From Planctomycetota bacterium (GTDB lineage: Bacteria; Planctomycetota; UBA8108; UBA1146; JAJFFE01), in the NCBI GenBank assembly GCA_039028735.1, contig JBCCHQ010000008.1, positions 6,955 through 70,954 on the forward strand: 64,000 bases of DNA, written 5' to 3'. The notes beneath the pieces were generated by a model. It was not told where the DNA came from. It did not search any database and saw only the letters and a program-made list of their open reading frames with translations. Positions 37,529-47,266 of the stretch are shown in pieces. Positions within the stretch are counted from its first letter, which is position 1, and every line of letters begins with the position of its first letter. A program made the position numbers and the translations under genes.

Positions 37529-38248
37529 CTACGAGGCCGGTGGTTGCTGCGCCTTGCGCCCCTCCATGTACAGCGTCCCGAATCGCCGCATCGGAGCATC
37601 CACTGATTCGAGTTCGGGGACACTACTACTGGCGAAGTCTCGGCGCTCAACATCTACGAAGCCAATCTCCTCGAGCAGCTTCGTCATCGTCTCCGCGTCA
37701 TACATGTAGAAGTGTTGGTGCTTCCAGCGAAAAGCGCTGTTGACGACATCCATTCGCGTGCCGTGGAAGCGCGAGTGCGTGCTCTTCATATCTGCAGCGG
37801 TTTCCTCGTCCTCGAGGTCACCGGTGTAGTAGGCAATGTAAGCGGCAGCATCGGGGATCGTGATCCGTAGAGTTCCTCCAGGGACGAGGCAGCGCAAACA
37901 CTCACGAAGCAGCCACGGGCCATCGTGCTCGCGATAGAAATGCTCGAGCGTATGCTCGGAGTACATCAGCTGCACGGACTCGTCGCGAAACGGCAACCCC
38001 TCACGCAAATCGGCCGTAAAGTCGCCCTTCTTGTTCATGTCGACGTTGGTCCAACCAGGAAATAGCCGACTACCGCACCCAAAGTGCACGTTCTGGATTG
38101 GCTGGTTGATGATTCGACGGTAGCGAAGAAGACGCCAGGGGAGCAGCACGTTCAGCCAGACCCTAGCGAAGAGCTTCGCTTCCGAGAAGATTGGGCGCCC
38201 AAGGCGTCGCACACCATGTGGCAAGATGTAGCGCGTCCAACGAGCCAT
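37529..38248 (-). CDS. Class I SAM-dependent methyltransferase (type 11-like)
   Basis: Preferred ATG start gives MARWTRY with AAGGAG 6 nt upstream. The motif block is HFGCGSRLFPGWTNVD...LRCLVPGGTLRITIPD. Confidence 0.75.
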   Translation of the reverse strand: MARWTRYILPHGVRRLGRPIFSEAKLFARVWLNVLLPWRLLRYRRIINQPIQNVHFGCGSRLFPGWTNVDMNKKGDFTADLREGLPFRDESVQLMYSEHTLEHFYREHDGPWLLRECLRCLVPGGTLRITIPDAAAYIAYYTGDLEDEETAADMKSTHSRFHGTRMDVVNSAFRWKHQHFYMYDAETMTKLLEEIGFVDVERRDFASSSVPELESVDAPMRRFGTLYMEGRKAQQPPAS

Positions 38249-38366
38249 GGGATCTCCTTCGGGAACCGGGGAACGATTGCTGGTCCCTCGTACCCAAATC
38301 ACCGACAGCGGTCAAGAGTCGGCTATGGCTACCGCACCGCTCCGCTCTTGTGACGGACTCGCAAAC

Positions 38367-39173
38367 CTACCGACGTCGCGACTGCGGGCGGTCATAGAGA
38401 CCATCCCCATCGGCGTCCTCGAAAAGGGTCTCGGTTCCATCCTGAGTCCTGATGATAATCACCTCGGGGAAGCTATCCTGGTCCTTGTCGTGACTCGTAT
38501 AGATCGAATCTCCGGATGGCCCCAGCAGGTCGTGACGCTCGTAGAGGCCGTTCTCGTCAGAGTCGAGACTCAGCCAGGTGACTCGCCCCTCGGGGTCGTA
38601 CTCATGCAGCTTTTCGATCTTGCGGTCACCATCCACATCGAAGTGAGTCGCCAGCAGCTTCCCCGTCGCGCGCTGGTACAGCTCAATCTGACCATTGTCG
38701 CCATACACCCACTCATAGACGGGATCGTCGCGCATCTGGCGCAGCTCTGAGTTTGCAGACAGCCAAGCCAACAGCAACCCCACCACAGTACAACCGAGAA
38801 GAAACACCGTCACTTCGGCGCCCACCGGCCACGATCGCGCGGCGGCATCGTCGTCTCGCCAAGGCTCGCCGATCTGGTCACTGGACTCACTTTGAGCTGC
38901 GGTCTCGCCTTGCCACTCACCCGCTTCTTGCTGAAAGTCGAGGCCCCGAGCTTGTGCTTCCTCGAGCACGGCATGCGCCCGTTCCACCGCAGAAGCCGGC
39001 ACCTTCACTTCTGCCCCAACGCGACCCAGCATCCGCTGTGAGACGGCCCATTCATCCATCAGGGCCTCCCCTTCGACGATGGCCGGAATTCCGACTCCCT
39101 GCAGGATGGCTTGGATGACACGTGCCTCTGCGGAGTTGCTAGCCGTCGTCAGGACGACGAGTTCATCGGACAT
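38367..39173 (-). CDS. Membrane protein with N-terminal DUF2007-like domain and C-terminal repeat region
   Basis: AAGGAG 7 nt upstream of the ATG. MSDELVVLTTASNSAEARVIQAILQGVGIPA is followed by one TM helix (VFLLGCTVVGLLLAWL). Confidence 0.6.
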   Translation of the reverse strand: MSDELVVLTTASNSAEARVIQAILQGVGIPAIVEGEALMDEWAVSQRMLGRVGAEVKVPASAVERAHAVLEEAQARGLDFQQEAGEWQGETAAQSESSDQIGEPWRDDDAAARSWPVGAEVTVFLLGCTVVGLLLAWLSANSELRQMRDDPVYEWVYGDNGQIELYQRATGKLLATHFDVDGDRKIEKLHEYDPEGRVTWLSLDSDENGLYERHDLLGPSGDSIYTSHDKDQDSFPEVIIIRTQDGTETLFEDADGDGLYDRPQSRRR

Positions 39174-39363
39174 CGGGGACTCCTTGATGGCTCGAAGTTT
39201 TCTATTCCTAGGATCTGAGTGCGGCAGCCTGGCAGCACTGTGCGGCTCCTGCGCTCCGTTCTCAAGTTTCTGTGTCCAGAATCGAACAGTTTCCGCAATA
39301 CGACATCAGTGGGAGGTGCCGGCGCCAGCACTCGCCCGGCGAAGAGCCTCCTTGTTTGCCCAA

Positions 39364-39428
39364 CCTCGTTGCTACGAGGCACGAACGTCGCCCGCGGCTG
39401 TCACACACACGGCCGCGGGTCCTTTTCC
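39364..39428 (+). other. Two adjacent hairpins in 456-nt intergenic leader of ECF-fusion gene (second has CACACACAC loop and T-rich tail)
   Basis: First: CCTCG-TTGCTA-CGAGG (39364-39379). Second: CCCGCGGC/GCCGCGGG (39391-39398 / 39412-39419) with loop TGTCACACACACG, followed by TCCTTTTCC. Confidence 0.4.
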
Positions 39429-39629
39429 AACGCAGTCAGAAAGCTCTCTCAAGGGCGTACAGTCGCTTCCGGGACGAGCCGCTGGTACGATCGCGTCACT
39501 CCTGAGTTTGCGGGCTCACCCAGCCAAAAAGTGCAAGATTCTCCGAAGAATCCGCGCCGTGTCTCTGTCCTCATGGGTAGTTGCCGGCAAGTCGTCGGCT
39601 CCGCAGTGCCCTGACACAGAGGGAGCGAC

Positions 39630-41972
39630 ATGACTACACTCGCGACAGAACAGCTGCTGGCTGCGATTGCTGACTACCACGCCAGCGTCTATCGCGTTGC
39701 CTATCGCACTCTTCACAACGCCGCCGACGCTGAAGACATGGCACAGGAAGCGTTTCTCCGCCTCTGGCGCAGCGACCCTCCCCCCGCTCGGGCAGCGCTG
39801 CGTGCGTGGCTGGTGCGCGTCACCCTCAACCTCTCGATCAATCGAATCCGCGCCGAACGCAGCCGTCGCAATCGCGAACGAACCTGGTCGCAAGCAAGGA
39901 ACGCTGCCAGCGAGGAGAAGGCGATGGACACCGAGTCCCTAACAGCTGCCCTGGAGAATCTGCCACAAGAACTACGACTCCCGATATCGCTCCACTATCA
40001 CGAAGGGCTCCACTACCGTGAGATCGCGACGGTCCTCGAGTGTCCAGAGGGTACGGTCGCCAGCCGGATCTCGCGGGGGCGACAGGAGCTTCGGCAACAA
40101 CTACGGCTGGCTGGCGTTGCCTTCGTGCCGACCACGCTGGACGCTTCTCTGCAAAGTAGCTCCCCGGTCGCTGTGCCGACGCAACTGGCCAACCGCATCA
40201 TCGGCAAGCTCGGAGTCGAGCTGCCAACGACCCGCGCCTCGGTGCGTCCCAGCAAGGTCGTCGCTGCCGTGGCTTGTGCCGTCTTGCTCGGCGCCAGCCT
40301 CTGGTGGGCAGCCGTCAGTTCGCACGAAGACGCGAGTCCCAGCCGCTTCGATGTTGCTGGTAACGACACAGCAAGCAACGCACCAGCTCCGCAGAGTCGC
40401 CACATCGGAGGGAGGTCAACGGCCGCGGATCCTCGCGCCCCGCAGCCGGTCGCGGCGGAGGCGCTGCAAACGGGTGCCGGGGCCCTGCAGCCGGTCGGCG
40501 GCGACGCGGTGCCCCGAGACGATCTTCAGGGTCTTCAAGGTCTTCCAAAATTTCCGGAGCTGTCGCTGCGTCCCATCGCACTCCATGTAGACGACGATTC
40601 CAGCGCCACGATCGCAGGTCTTGTTCTCACCCCCGAGCAAACTCCGATCCGTGACGCCCGAGTGCAGGTAGTCGGCAGCAGTGGCGCGACGCCGAAACCC
40701 AACCCGGTCGCCAGCTGCCCGAAAGGTAGCTTCCACATCGCGAGCCTTGGCCCAGGCATTCACGTCGTCGAAGTTGCTGCCGCCGGGTACTGCACCCGCG
40801 TCGTGGCGATCGACACGCAAGACGCAGAGACAACCATCACGCTACTTCCAGCCGCCTCGTTGACGGTATTGGTCGAAGGCGCTAGAGGCACGGCCGGCGA
40901 CACGTTCGCGGAGTACACTGTCGAACTGACAACCGGCGACGGTCGCCGCCACCGCCGCGACTGCGACCACACGGGGACCGCACGGTTCACGACGCTCCCG
41001 GTCGGCCTGGCCACAGCGCGAGTGCTTGCTGGGCGCCGCAACGTCTGGCACGACCACTGCAGCGTAGCCCCTGGCGACTCACAGAAGCGCATCGTGCTGG
41101 GCCGTGGTGCGCGGCTGGACGTGATCCTCGAGGCTGCTGGTTCCCAATCTGAAGACACTCGCGAAGCGAGCCCGCTGCGCCTCAGTGCACAGCGCCGCAG
41201 CCGACCAGGTGCACCTCCGTTCCCAGTGCTGCGCGGCGCAACCTTCTCCACGAAGGAAAACCACTTCGAGTTCAGGGGGCTGCTCCCAGGAACGTACGAC
41301 CTGCTGGTGCTACGCCAGTGGGGCTTCTCGTTCGTCGTAGTTGCCACGGCCACGTTCGAACTACCCAAGCCAACCGCAACCGAGACCGGCGCTGACCTGC
41401 AGGGCTACAGTACCGTGATCGATCTCGCCGCTACTCAGCACCGCGACATGACCTGCTCGGTCTTGACCGGAACTGGCGAGCCTGTCGCCGGCGCCTGGGT
41501 GCGCTTGGAGACAGCAAGCGGCCACGCGGTTATCAACGGCCGCACGGACGCTGCGGGAGGTTACACCGCGCCCAACGTCCCTGACGACACGGTCTCGGTC
41601 GACGTGCACCACCCATCGACAGGCTGGAGCACGCATGCCATACCCGCCGGCGCGGCTATCGTCGAGTGCCGCCTCCCTGCACTGGAAGTGCAGCCTCATG
41701 CAGACACACTCTTCGGCGCAGACTGCGCCCTCTGCTTCGACACACCGGTAACGCTGCGGACGTACTTGCTGGCGCTGCGCAACTACACCGGCGACGAACT
41801 GCAACTCTCCCGCGCGCTTGCAAGCCACCCACGACTCGACCAGTGGTTCGAACCCGGAACCAGTCACCTGCCGTTGGGCTTGGAGGCACTGCTACGCCAA
41901 TTCGACCTCAAGCTGACCCGCGCGCCGGCATTCTCCGGCGGCTTCGTGCTCGACGTCGGTGGATCCAGGTAG
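39630..41972 (+). CDS. ECF sigma factor fused to a long C-terminal extension (TM helix + three CarboxypepD_reg-like beta-sandwich domains)
   Basis: GAGGGAG RBS upstream. Sigma region 2 and region 4 (LHYHEGLHYREIATVLECPEGTVASRISRGRQEL) occupy the first ~170 aa. A TM helix (VVAAVACAVLLGASLWWAAV) follows, then ~550 aa of extracytoplasmic-type domains. Confidence 0.75.
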   Translation: MTTLATEQLLAAIADYHASVYRVAYRTLHNAADAEDMAQEAFLRLWRSDPPPARAALRAWLVRVTLNLSINRIRAERSRRNRERTWSQARNAASEEKAMDTESLTAALENLPQELRLPISLHYHEGLHYREIATVLECPEGTVASRISRGRQELRQQLRLAGVAFVPTTLDASLQSSSPVAVPTQLANRIIGKLGVELPTTRASVRPSKVVAAVACAVLLGASLWWAAVSSHEDASPSRFDVAGNDTASNAPAPQSRHIGGRSTAADPRAPQPVAAEALQTGAGALQPVGGDAVPRDDLQGLQGLPKFPELSLRPIALHVDDDSSATIAGLVLTPEQTPIRDARVQVVGSSGATPKPNPVASCPKGSFHIASLGPGIHVVEVAAAGYCTRVVAIDTQDAETTITLLPAASLTVLVEGARGTAGDTFAEYTVELTTGDGRRHRRDCDHTGTARFTTLPVGLATARVLAGRRNVWHDHCSVAPGDSQKRIVLGRGARLDVILEAAGSQSEDTREASPLRLSAQRRSRPGAPPFPVLRGATFSTKENHFEFRGLLPGTYDLLVLRQWGFSFVVVATATFELPKPTATETGADLQGYSTVIDLAATQHRDMTCSVLTGTGEPVAGAWVRLETASGHAVINGRTDAAGGYTAPNVPDDTVSVDVHHPSTGWSTHAIPAGAAIVECRLPALEVQPHADTLFGADCALCFDTPVTLRTYLLALRNYTGDELQLSRALASHPRLDQWFEPGTSHLPLGLEALLRQFDLKLTRAPAFSGGFVLDVGGSR

Positions 41973-41981
41973 TAGCTGGCA

Positions 41982-44333
41982 CTAGCCATCCGACTCGGTC
42001 TTCTCCAGCGCCTCTTTGGCCTTCTGCATCGGATTCTTTTTCTTCTCGCGCGGCTGCGAGCGGAACGATCCTTCGATTGCTTTGCGCGGCCAATGGTTGT
42101 TCGAGAGATCGGTGTCGGCCGTCTCTAGTCGCGGGTCCAACACGATGCTCTCGATCTCGCTGTCAGTGATGAACAGCTTCGATGCCCCGGCTGCATTCTT
42201 GCGCCAGATCTCCGCAGGGATTCGGTACGACTGGGTCGAGCCATCGGCGAACGCCACGTCCAAGATCACCGGCATCACGAGCCCACCGATATTCTCGAGG
42301 TCCAACACGTAGAAGTGTTTGTCAGCTGCCTCGAAAACCGGCTTGTCACGAGTCTCTAGCTCTTCGAGAAACTTCGAAAACTGCTCTCGGTCCTGCGGCG
42401 TCACGTCCAAATCGTCGTAGTCGTTGTAGAAGTCCAACAGCCCTGGAAACCTCTCGACGCGTCGTTTCAGCGGTTTGTTGCGGAGTTTCGTAATCGACTC
42501 GGGTTCGGCGTCGCGAAGCCGACGCTTGACAGCCTTGTCGTGCTCGGGGTCGCCGTTCTCCATGCGATAGTGCCGCAGCTGCACCAGCGACACGTCCACT
42601 CGGTCGGTCGTGTAGAACCAACCGCGCCAGAACCAATCGAGATCGACGGCTGAAGCATCCTCCATGGTTCGGAAGAAGTCTGCCGGCTGTGGCCTCTTGA
42701 AGGCCCACCGCCGCGAATACTCCCGAAACGCAAAGTCGAAGAGCTCTCTTCCGAGGACCGATTCCCGCAGAATGTTCAGAGCAGTCGCCGGCTTGCCATA
42801 GGCGTTGTTGCCGAACTGCAAGATCGACTCGGAGTTGGTCATGATCGGCACCTGGTTGGGGCTCTTCATGTACTTGACGATGTCTCGCGCCTCGCCACGT
42901 CGTGACGGGTACTTCTCTTCCCACTCTTCCTGGGCAAGGAACTGCACGAAAGTGTTGAGTCCCTCGTCCATCCAAGTCCACTGGCGCTCGTCGGAATTGA
43001 TGATCATCGGGAAGTAGTTGTGCCCAACCTCGTGAATGATCACGGAGATCAGACCGTACTTGGTTCGCTTCGTGTAGGTCCCGTCCTTCTCCGGCCGCGG
43101 CCCATTGAAGCAGATCATGGGGTACTCCATACCACCCACGGGTCCATTCACCGAGATCGCAACCGGGTACGGGTATGGAATCGTGTAACGGGAGTAGACA
43201 TCGAGCGTGTGCATGATCGCATGTGTCGAGTAACGACTCCACAGCGGCTCGCCCTCGTTCGGAAAGTACGACATCGCCCAGACGGGCTTCCCCTCGACGT
43301 CGTGGAGCATCGCGTCCCACGCAAACTTTCGCGACGTCGCGAATGCAAAATCGCGCACATCCTTCGCTACGAACCGCCAGGTCTTGGTGCCCTTTGCTTT
43401 GCTCTTCTCGTTCTGCTTGGCTTCTTCGGGCGTCACGATGAACATCGGCTCTGTCGTGTCTCGCGCCGAGTCCAATCGCTGTTGCTGCTCGGCAGTCAGC
43501 ACGTCGTCGGGATTCTGCAGCACCCCCGTCGATGCGACGACATGGTCTGCGGGTACCGTGATCGAAACATCGTAGTCGCCAAACTCGAGGGTGAACTCAC
43601 CACGCCCCAAGAACTGCTTGTTCTGCCACCCGTTGACGTCGGTGTAGGCCGCCATCCGTGGAAACCACTGCGCGATCTCATAGATGTAGTTGCCGTCTTC
43701 CTCGAAGTACTCGTACCCGGTGCGAGCTCGCAGCGCCTTCGCGTCGTTGATCGCATAACTCCAAGCAATGCTGAACTGCACGCTAGCGCCCGGCGCCAGC
43801 GGCTCCGGGATGTCGATTCGCATCATCGTTTCGACGACGGTGTGTGCGAGCGGCTGACCTGACGCATCTCGGACAGACTCGAGGTCAATGCCACCGTCGA
43901 AGTGCAGCTTCTCCAACTCGCCCCGCATCCGTCGAAAGTCAGCGTCGTCGGGATCGAACTCCCGTCCGATCATGTTGCTGTGCGACTGCAGCGCGAAGAT
44001 GTTTGCATCCAGTTGCACCCATAGGTAGCGCAGAGTGTCCGGCGAGTTGTTGTGGTAGTGAATGTCCTCAGCGCCAATCAAACGTTGCTTCTCATCGTCG
44101 ATAGTCACGTCGATGCGATAGTCAGCGCGTTGTTGCCAATAGCTGTGCCCCGGCGCACCGGAAGCTGTGCGGTAGCTGTTTGGCGATGGCAAGATCTCCT
44201 CGAGCTGTCGGAACTTGTCGAGACGCAGCGGCGGCTGCCCGTGGTGGCGATGGAGGTGCGGTGGATGAGCAACGCAGGGCAACTGCACCACGAGGGTGAT
44301 GGCCAAACCAAGGGCGAAACGATAGATATTCAA
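41982..44333 (-). CDS. Secreted M1-family (gluzincin) zinc metallopeptidase
   Basis: TTG start with AAGAGGAG 7 nt upstream. Signal peptide MNIYRFALGLAITLVVQLPCVAHP. The zinc-ligand motifs are HEVGHNYF ... WMDEGLNTF. Confidence 0.8.
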   Translation of the reverse strand: MNIYRFALGLAITLVVQLPCVAHPPHLHRHHGQPPLRLDKFRQLEEILPSPNSYRTASGAPGHSYWQQRADYRIDVTIDDEKQRLIGAEDIHYHNNSPDTLRYLWVQLDANIFALQSHSNMIGREFDPDDADFRRMRGELEKLHFDGGIDLESVRDASGQPLAHTVVETMMRIDIPEPLAPGASVQFSIAWSYAINDAKALRARTGYEYFEEDGNYIYEIAQWFPRMAAYTDVNGWQNKQFLGRGEFTLEFGDYDVSITVPADHVVASTGVLQNPDDVLTAEQQQRLDSARDTTEPMFIVTPEEAKQNEKSKAKGTKTWRFVAKDVRDFAFATSRKFAWDAMLHDVEGKPVWAMSYFPNEGEPLWSRYSTHAIMHTLDVYSRYTIPYPYPVAISVNGPVGGMEYPMICFNGPRPEKDGTYTKRTKYGLISVIIHEVGHNYFPMIINSDERQWTWMDEGLNTFVQFLAQEEWEEKYPSRRGEARDIVKYMKSPNQVPIMTNSESILQFGNNAYGKPATALNILRESVLGRELFDFAFREYSRRWAFKRPQPADFFRTMEDASAVDLDWFWRGWFYTTDRVDVSLVQLRHYRMENGDPEHDKAVKRRLRDAEPESITKLRNKPLKRRVERFPGLLDFYNDYDDLDVTPQDREQFSKFLEELETRDKPVFEAADKHFYVLDLENIGGLVMPVILDVAFADGSTQSYRIPAEIWRKNAAGASKLFITDSEIESIVLDPRLETADTDLSNNHWPRKAIEGSFRSQPREKKKNPMQKAKEALEKTESDG

Positions 44334-44636
44334 CGGGAACTCCTCTTCAGGCGCTGAGGACTACGGAGTCAACGCATTGCTTGCTGGATGGTGTACCGTG
44401 ACCGATTCGAGCCAAACAAGGGCGCCCATTCTAGCTGGAAAACACCGCGAAGTCGTAGGACCAATCCGCCTGAAATGCCAGCGCAGCGCGTCGAGGGAGG
44501 TGCACAACCTGCGGGGGCGAGAGCTGTTCGTGAGATTGCTGCGCTACTGGGCGTGGTAGCTGCTTGACCACGTCGATGCGGGATCCTAACCTGCGGGAAG
44601 TCCCGCGCCTTTCTGCAGAGAACCGAGGTGAAGCCC

Positions 44637-47126
44637 ATGGCCCGATCACCCCATCGCAGCAGCGTCGTGCTCGCCCTATTGTCGGTCGCTCTGGTGTGTC
44701 AGACGTTACCGGCAACTCCGTATGACAGCGATCGGTACGGCTTCGAGATCAACCCTGGAGCCCTGGCAGTAACCGACACACCGGCCAGCGACACCGATAC
44801 GTTCTCGATTGCCGTGAGTTCACCCCAAGGGTGGCAGGTACGTGTACGCGTCGCCCCAGTAGATCCAACCACAACTGTACACACGCTGCAGCAGCAGGCG
44901 CTCGATCGCATCAGCGATGATCCACGCTACGTGATTCGCGAACAGTTCGAGAAGACCGTAGCAAAGCACCCAAGCCGTGGGATCGAAGTCGACTACGACT
45001 ACCACGGAACGCAGTATCGAATCGTTGCCTCGTTCATCGTCGCCAACAACCTGCGCTACATTCTCCAAGGGAACGCCAAGACGACAGACTATGATCGCCA
45101 CAGTCGAGCGATCCAACAGCTACTGCAGACCTTCAAGATACTGCCTGTAGCAGCCTCCGTACGAGAACAACATCGCCTCGAAGGGCTGGCCCGCAGGTGC
45201 GGAAGCGAGCTCTCCTGGGCACCTCGTTGGCAAGTCGCCGCAGCGCGCGCCCGAAGAGAGAACAAGCTCGTGCTCGTGACCGCGCGCTTCTATCCAGGCT
45301 TCGAGATCTCTGACTCTCTTGCGGCTGGCGCGCTGTTCGATCGCGACGTCGTGAAACTGATCGAAGAACGGTTTGTGCCGCTGCGCCTCGACAAGAGCGA
45401 TGACACACCGTTTCGTTCGCATGATGTGTATGGACTGGGACCCAGTACGTTTGGGCAAGCCATCCTGATCGTCAGTGCCAACGGCGAGGTCCTTCGCGAG
45501 ATCTCAGCTGCCAGTACCACGGCCGTGGATGAGTTCCTTCGGAGTTCGCTATCCAACTCGCCGAGCGCCGCGTCCGGAGAGCTGGAACAGGCGCAGCAGA
45601 GCTTCGACCAAGGCGACCTGAACGCCGCCGCAGAACTACTCCGGAAAGCAGATAACGTTGCCGCACTCCGCTTGCGCGCGGCGGTGCATCGTCGCCAACG
45701 CAACGGGCCAGCCGCGCTCGCAGATTTGCGGCGTGCCCGCGCGCTCCCGGCCGCTCCAGCCGAGCTAGCGATCGATGAGGCGACGATCCTGACGCTTTCA
45801 GGCAACGCGGGCCGAGCTGCAGAGCTACTACAGACGTTCATCGAGAAGCACCCTGGGCATCCCCGCGTTGCGGAAGCGAAGTGCCGTCTCGCGGCGCTCG
45901 CAACAGCGCAGGGGGACTCCGCACGCAGCGACCAGTTGTTGCTCAGCGTAGTCGCCGACCACGAAACGGATCGCTGGGCCTGGAAGGCCGCGGCGGTCTT
46001 GACCAGCACCGCTCGTGGCATGGGCCTCAAAGGGCGCCTCACGTGGCCCGAGGAGGAGTTGCTGAGGGAGCTCCAACCACCCGGCAATCATCGTACTGCG
46101 CGACCAGCGCGCGCCGCCCGAGAGGCCATCGAGTTTCTCGTTGCGCAGCAACGCCCCAACGGGAGTTGGATCTATCCACCCATGGCCTTCACCGCTGAAG
46201 ACAACCCGCCAGAGCCTGTCGGCGCTGCTGTGTCGGCGCTCGTCGCCTGGAGCCTTGTGCCGGAGCGCACGAAGCCGGGAGTCCGCCCGGCGTTGCAACG
46301 TGCATTGAACGAGCTCTTTGCAAACCGTGCGGCAACGGCAGCAGCTGGGGAGCAGCTGCACTTCATGGATTACTGGGTCTGGGCGAAGACCTATCAACTA
46401 TTGCTGGTCACAAGCTGCATCGAGGCCGACTTCGGACCCCGAGAGCAACTCATCGAGACGGGCACCGAACTCGTCGCGGAACTCGCACAGCGGCAGCGGC
46501 AATCCGGCGGCTGGAGCTACTATCTACGACGAGATCTCGCGGCAGCCGCCAACACTTCGGAAGCGATCAGCTTCGTCACTGCACCCGTCGTCTTGGCCCT
46601 GCTGGCCGCCGATCGAGCGGGACTGCAAGTTCCTGCCTCGGTGATGTCGCGTGGCGTCGCTTGCCTGGAGGCGATGCGAAACGACAACGGCACCTTCGAC
46701 TACATGGGTGGATCGGGCATCGATAATGGGTCGACCGGACTCGGTGGCGCCGCTGGTCGTGGCCCACTCTGTGAACTGGCCCTCCACCGCGCGGGTCGCA
46801 ACAACGATGCACAGCTACGACGCACTCTGCGAATCTTTGCGGAGCACTATCCGGAACTGGCTCGCGAACAGGGCAAGAACTTGATGCACGCGGGTCCGGA
46901 CTCACAGGGTTCGCACTACCTCCTGTTCGACTACGCGTACACCGCGCTGGCCCTGCGCGAGATACCCGCAGCCGAGCAGCCGCCTTATCGGAAGATCCTG
47001 CTGCAACTCGTGAACGCTGCCCGCTATGAAGACGGCTCCTACCTCGACAATCCGGGGATGGGACGTGCGTGCGGTACGGCGCTGGCTCTGGTAGCGCTCC
47101 GGGAGCTGCGACGCAGCCAGCTGTAG
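44637..47126 (+). CDS. Secreted protein with TPR-like region and C-terminal prenyltransferase/squalene-cyclase-like (alpha/alpha toroid) repeats
   Basis: ATG 44637 with GAGGTG upstream and an MARSPHRSSVVLALLSVALVCQT signal peptide. Toroid-like repeats include QQRPNGSWIY, RQRQSGGWSYY, NDNGTFDY and ARYEDGSYLDNPGMG. Confidence 0.65.
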   Translation: MARSPHRSSVVLALLSVALVCQTLPATPYDSDRYGFEINPGALAVTDTPASDTDTFSIAVSSPQGWQVRVRVAPVDPTTTVHTLQQQALDRISDDPRYVIREQFEKTVAKHPSRGIEVDYDYHGTQYRIVASFIVANNLRYILQGNAKTTDYDRHSRAIQQLLQTFKILPVAASVREQHRLEGLARRCGSELSWAPRWQVAAARARRENKLVLVTARFYPGFEISDSLAAGALFDRDVVKLIEERFVPLRLDKSDDTPFRSHDVYGLGPSTFGQAILIVSANGEVLREISAASTTAVDEFLRSSLSNSPSAASGELEQAQQSFDQGDLNAAAELLRKADNVAALRLRAAVHRRQRNGPAALADLRRARALPAAPAELAIDEATILTLSGNAGRAAELLQTFIEKHPGHPRVAEAKCRLAALATAQGDSARSDQLLLSVVADHETDRWAWKAAAVLTSTARGMGLKGRLTWPEEELLRELQPPGNHRTARPARAAREAIEFLVAQQRPNGSWIYPPMAFTAEDNPPEPVGAAVSALVAWSLVPERTKPGVRPALQRALNELFANRAATAAAGEQLHFMDYWVWAKTYQLLLVTSCIEADFGPREQLIETGTELVAELAQRQRQSGGWSYYLRRDLAAAANTSEAISFVTAPVVLALLAADRAGLQVPASVMSRGVACLEAMRNDNGTFDYMGGSGIDNGSTGLGGAAGRGPLCELALHRAGRNNDAQLRRTLRIFAEHYPELAREQGKNLMHAGPDSQGSHYLLFDYAYTALALREIPAAEQPPYRKILLQLVNAARYEDGSYLDNPGMGRACGTALALVALRELRRSQL

Positions 47127-47266
47127 CGAGGACGTCGCGGGGTCGCAGATACCACGGTCGCTGGCGATGTTAGACTTTAGGGACCTACTACACGTCGTTG
47201 CGGAGAAGTCCCGGGGATCTCTCCTCTGGGGCAACTCTGTCGATCGAACGCAACTCTGAGGAACCT

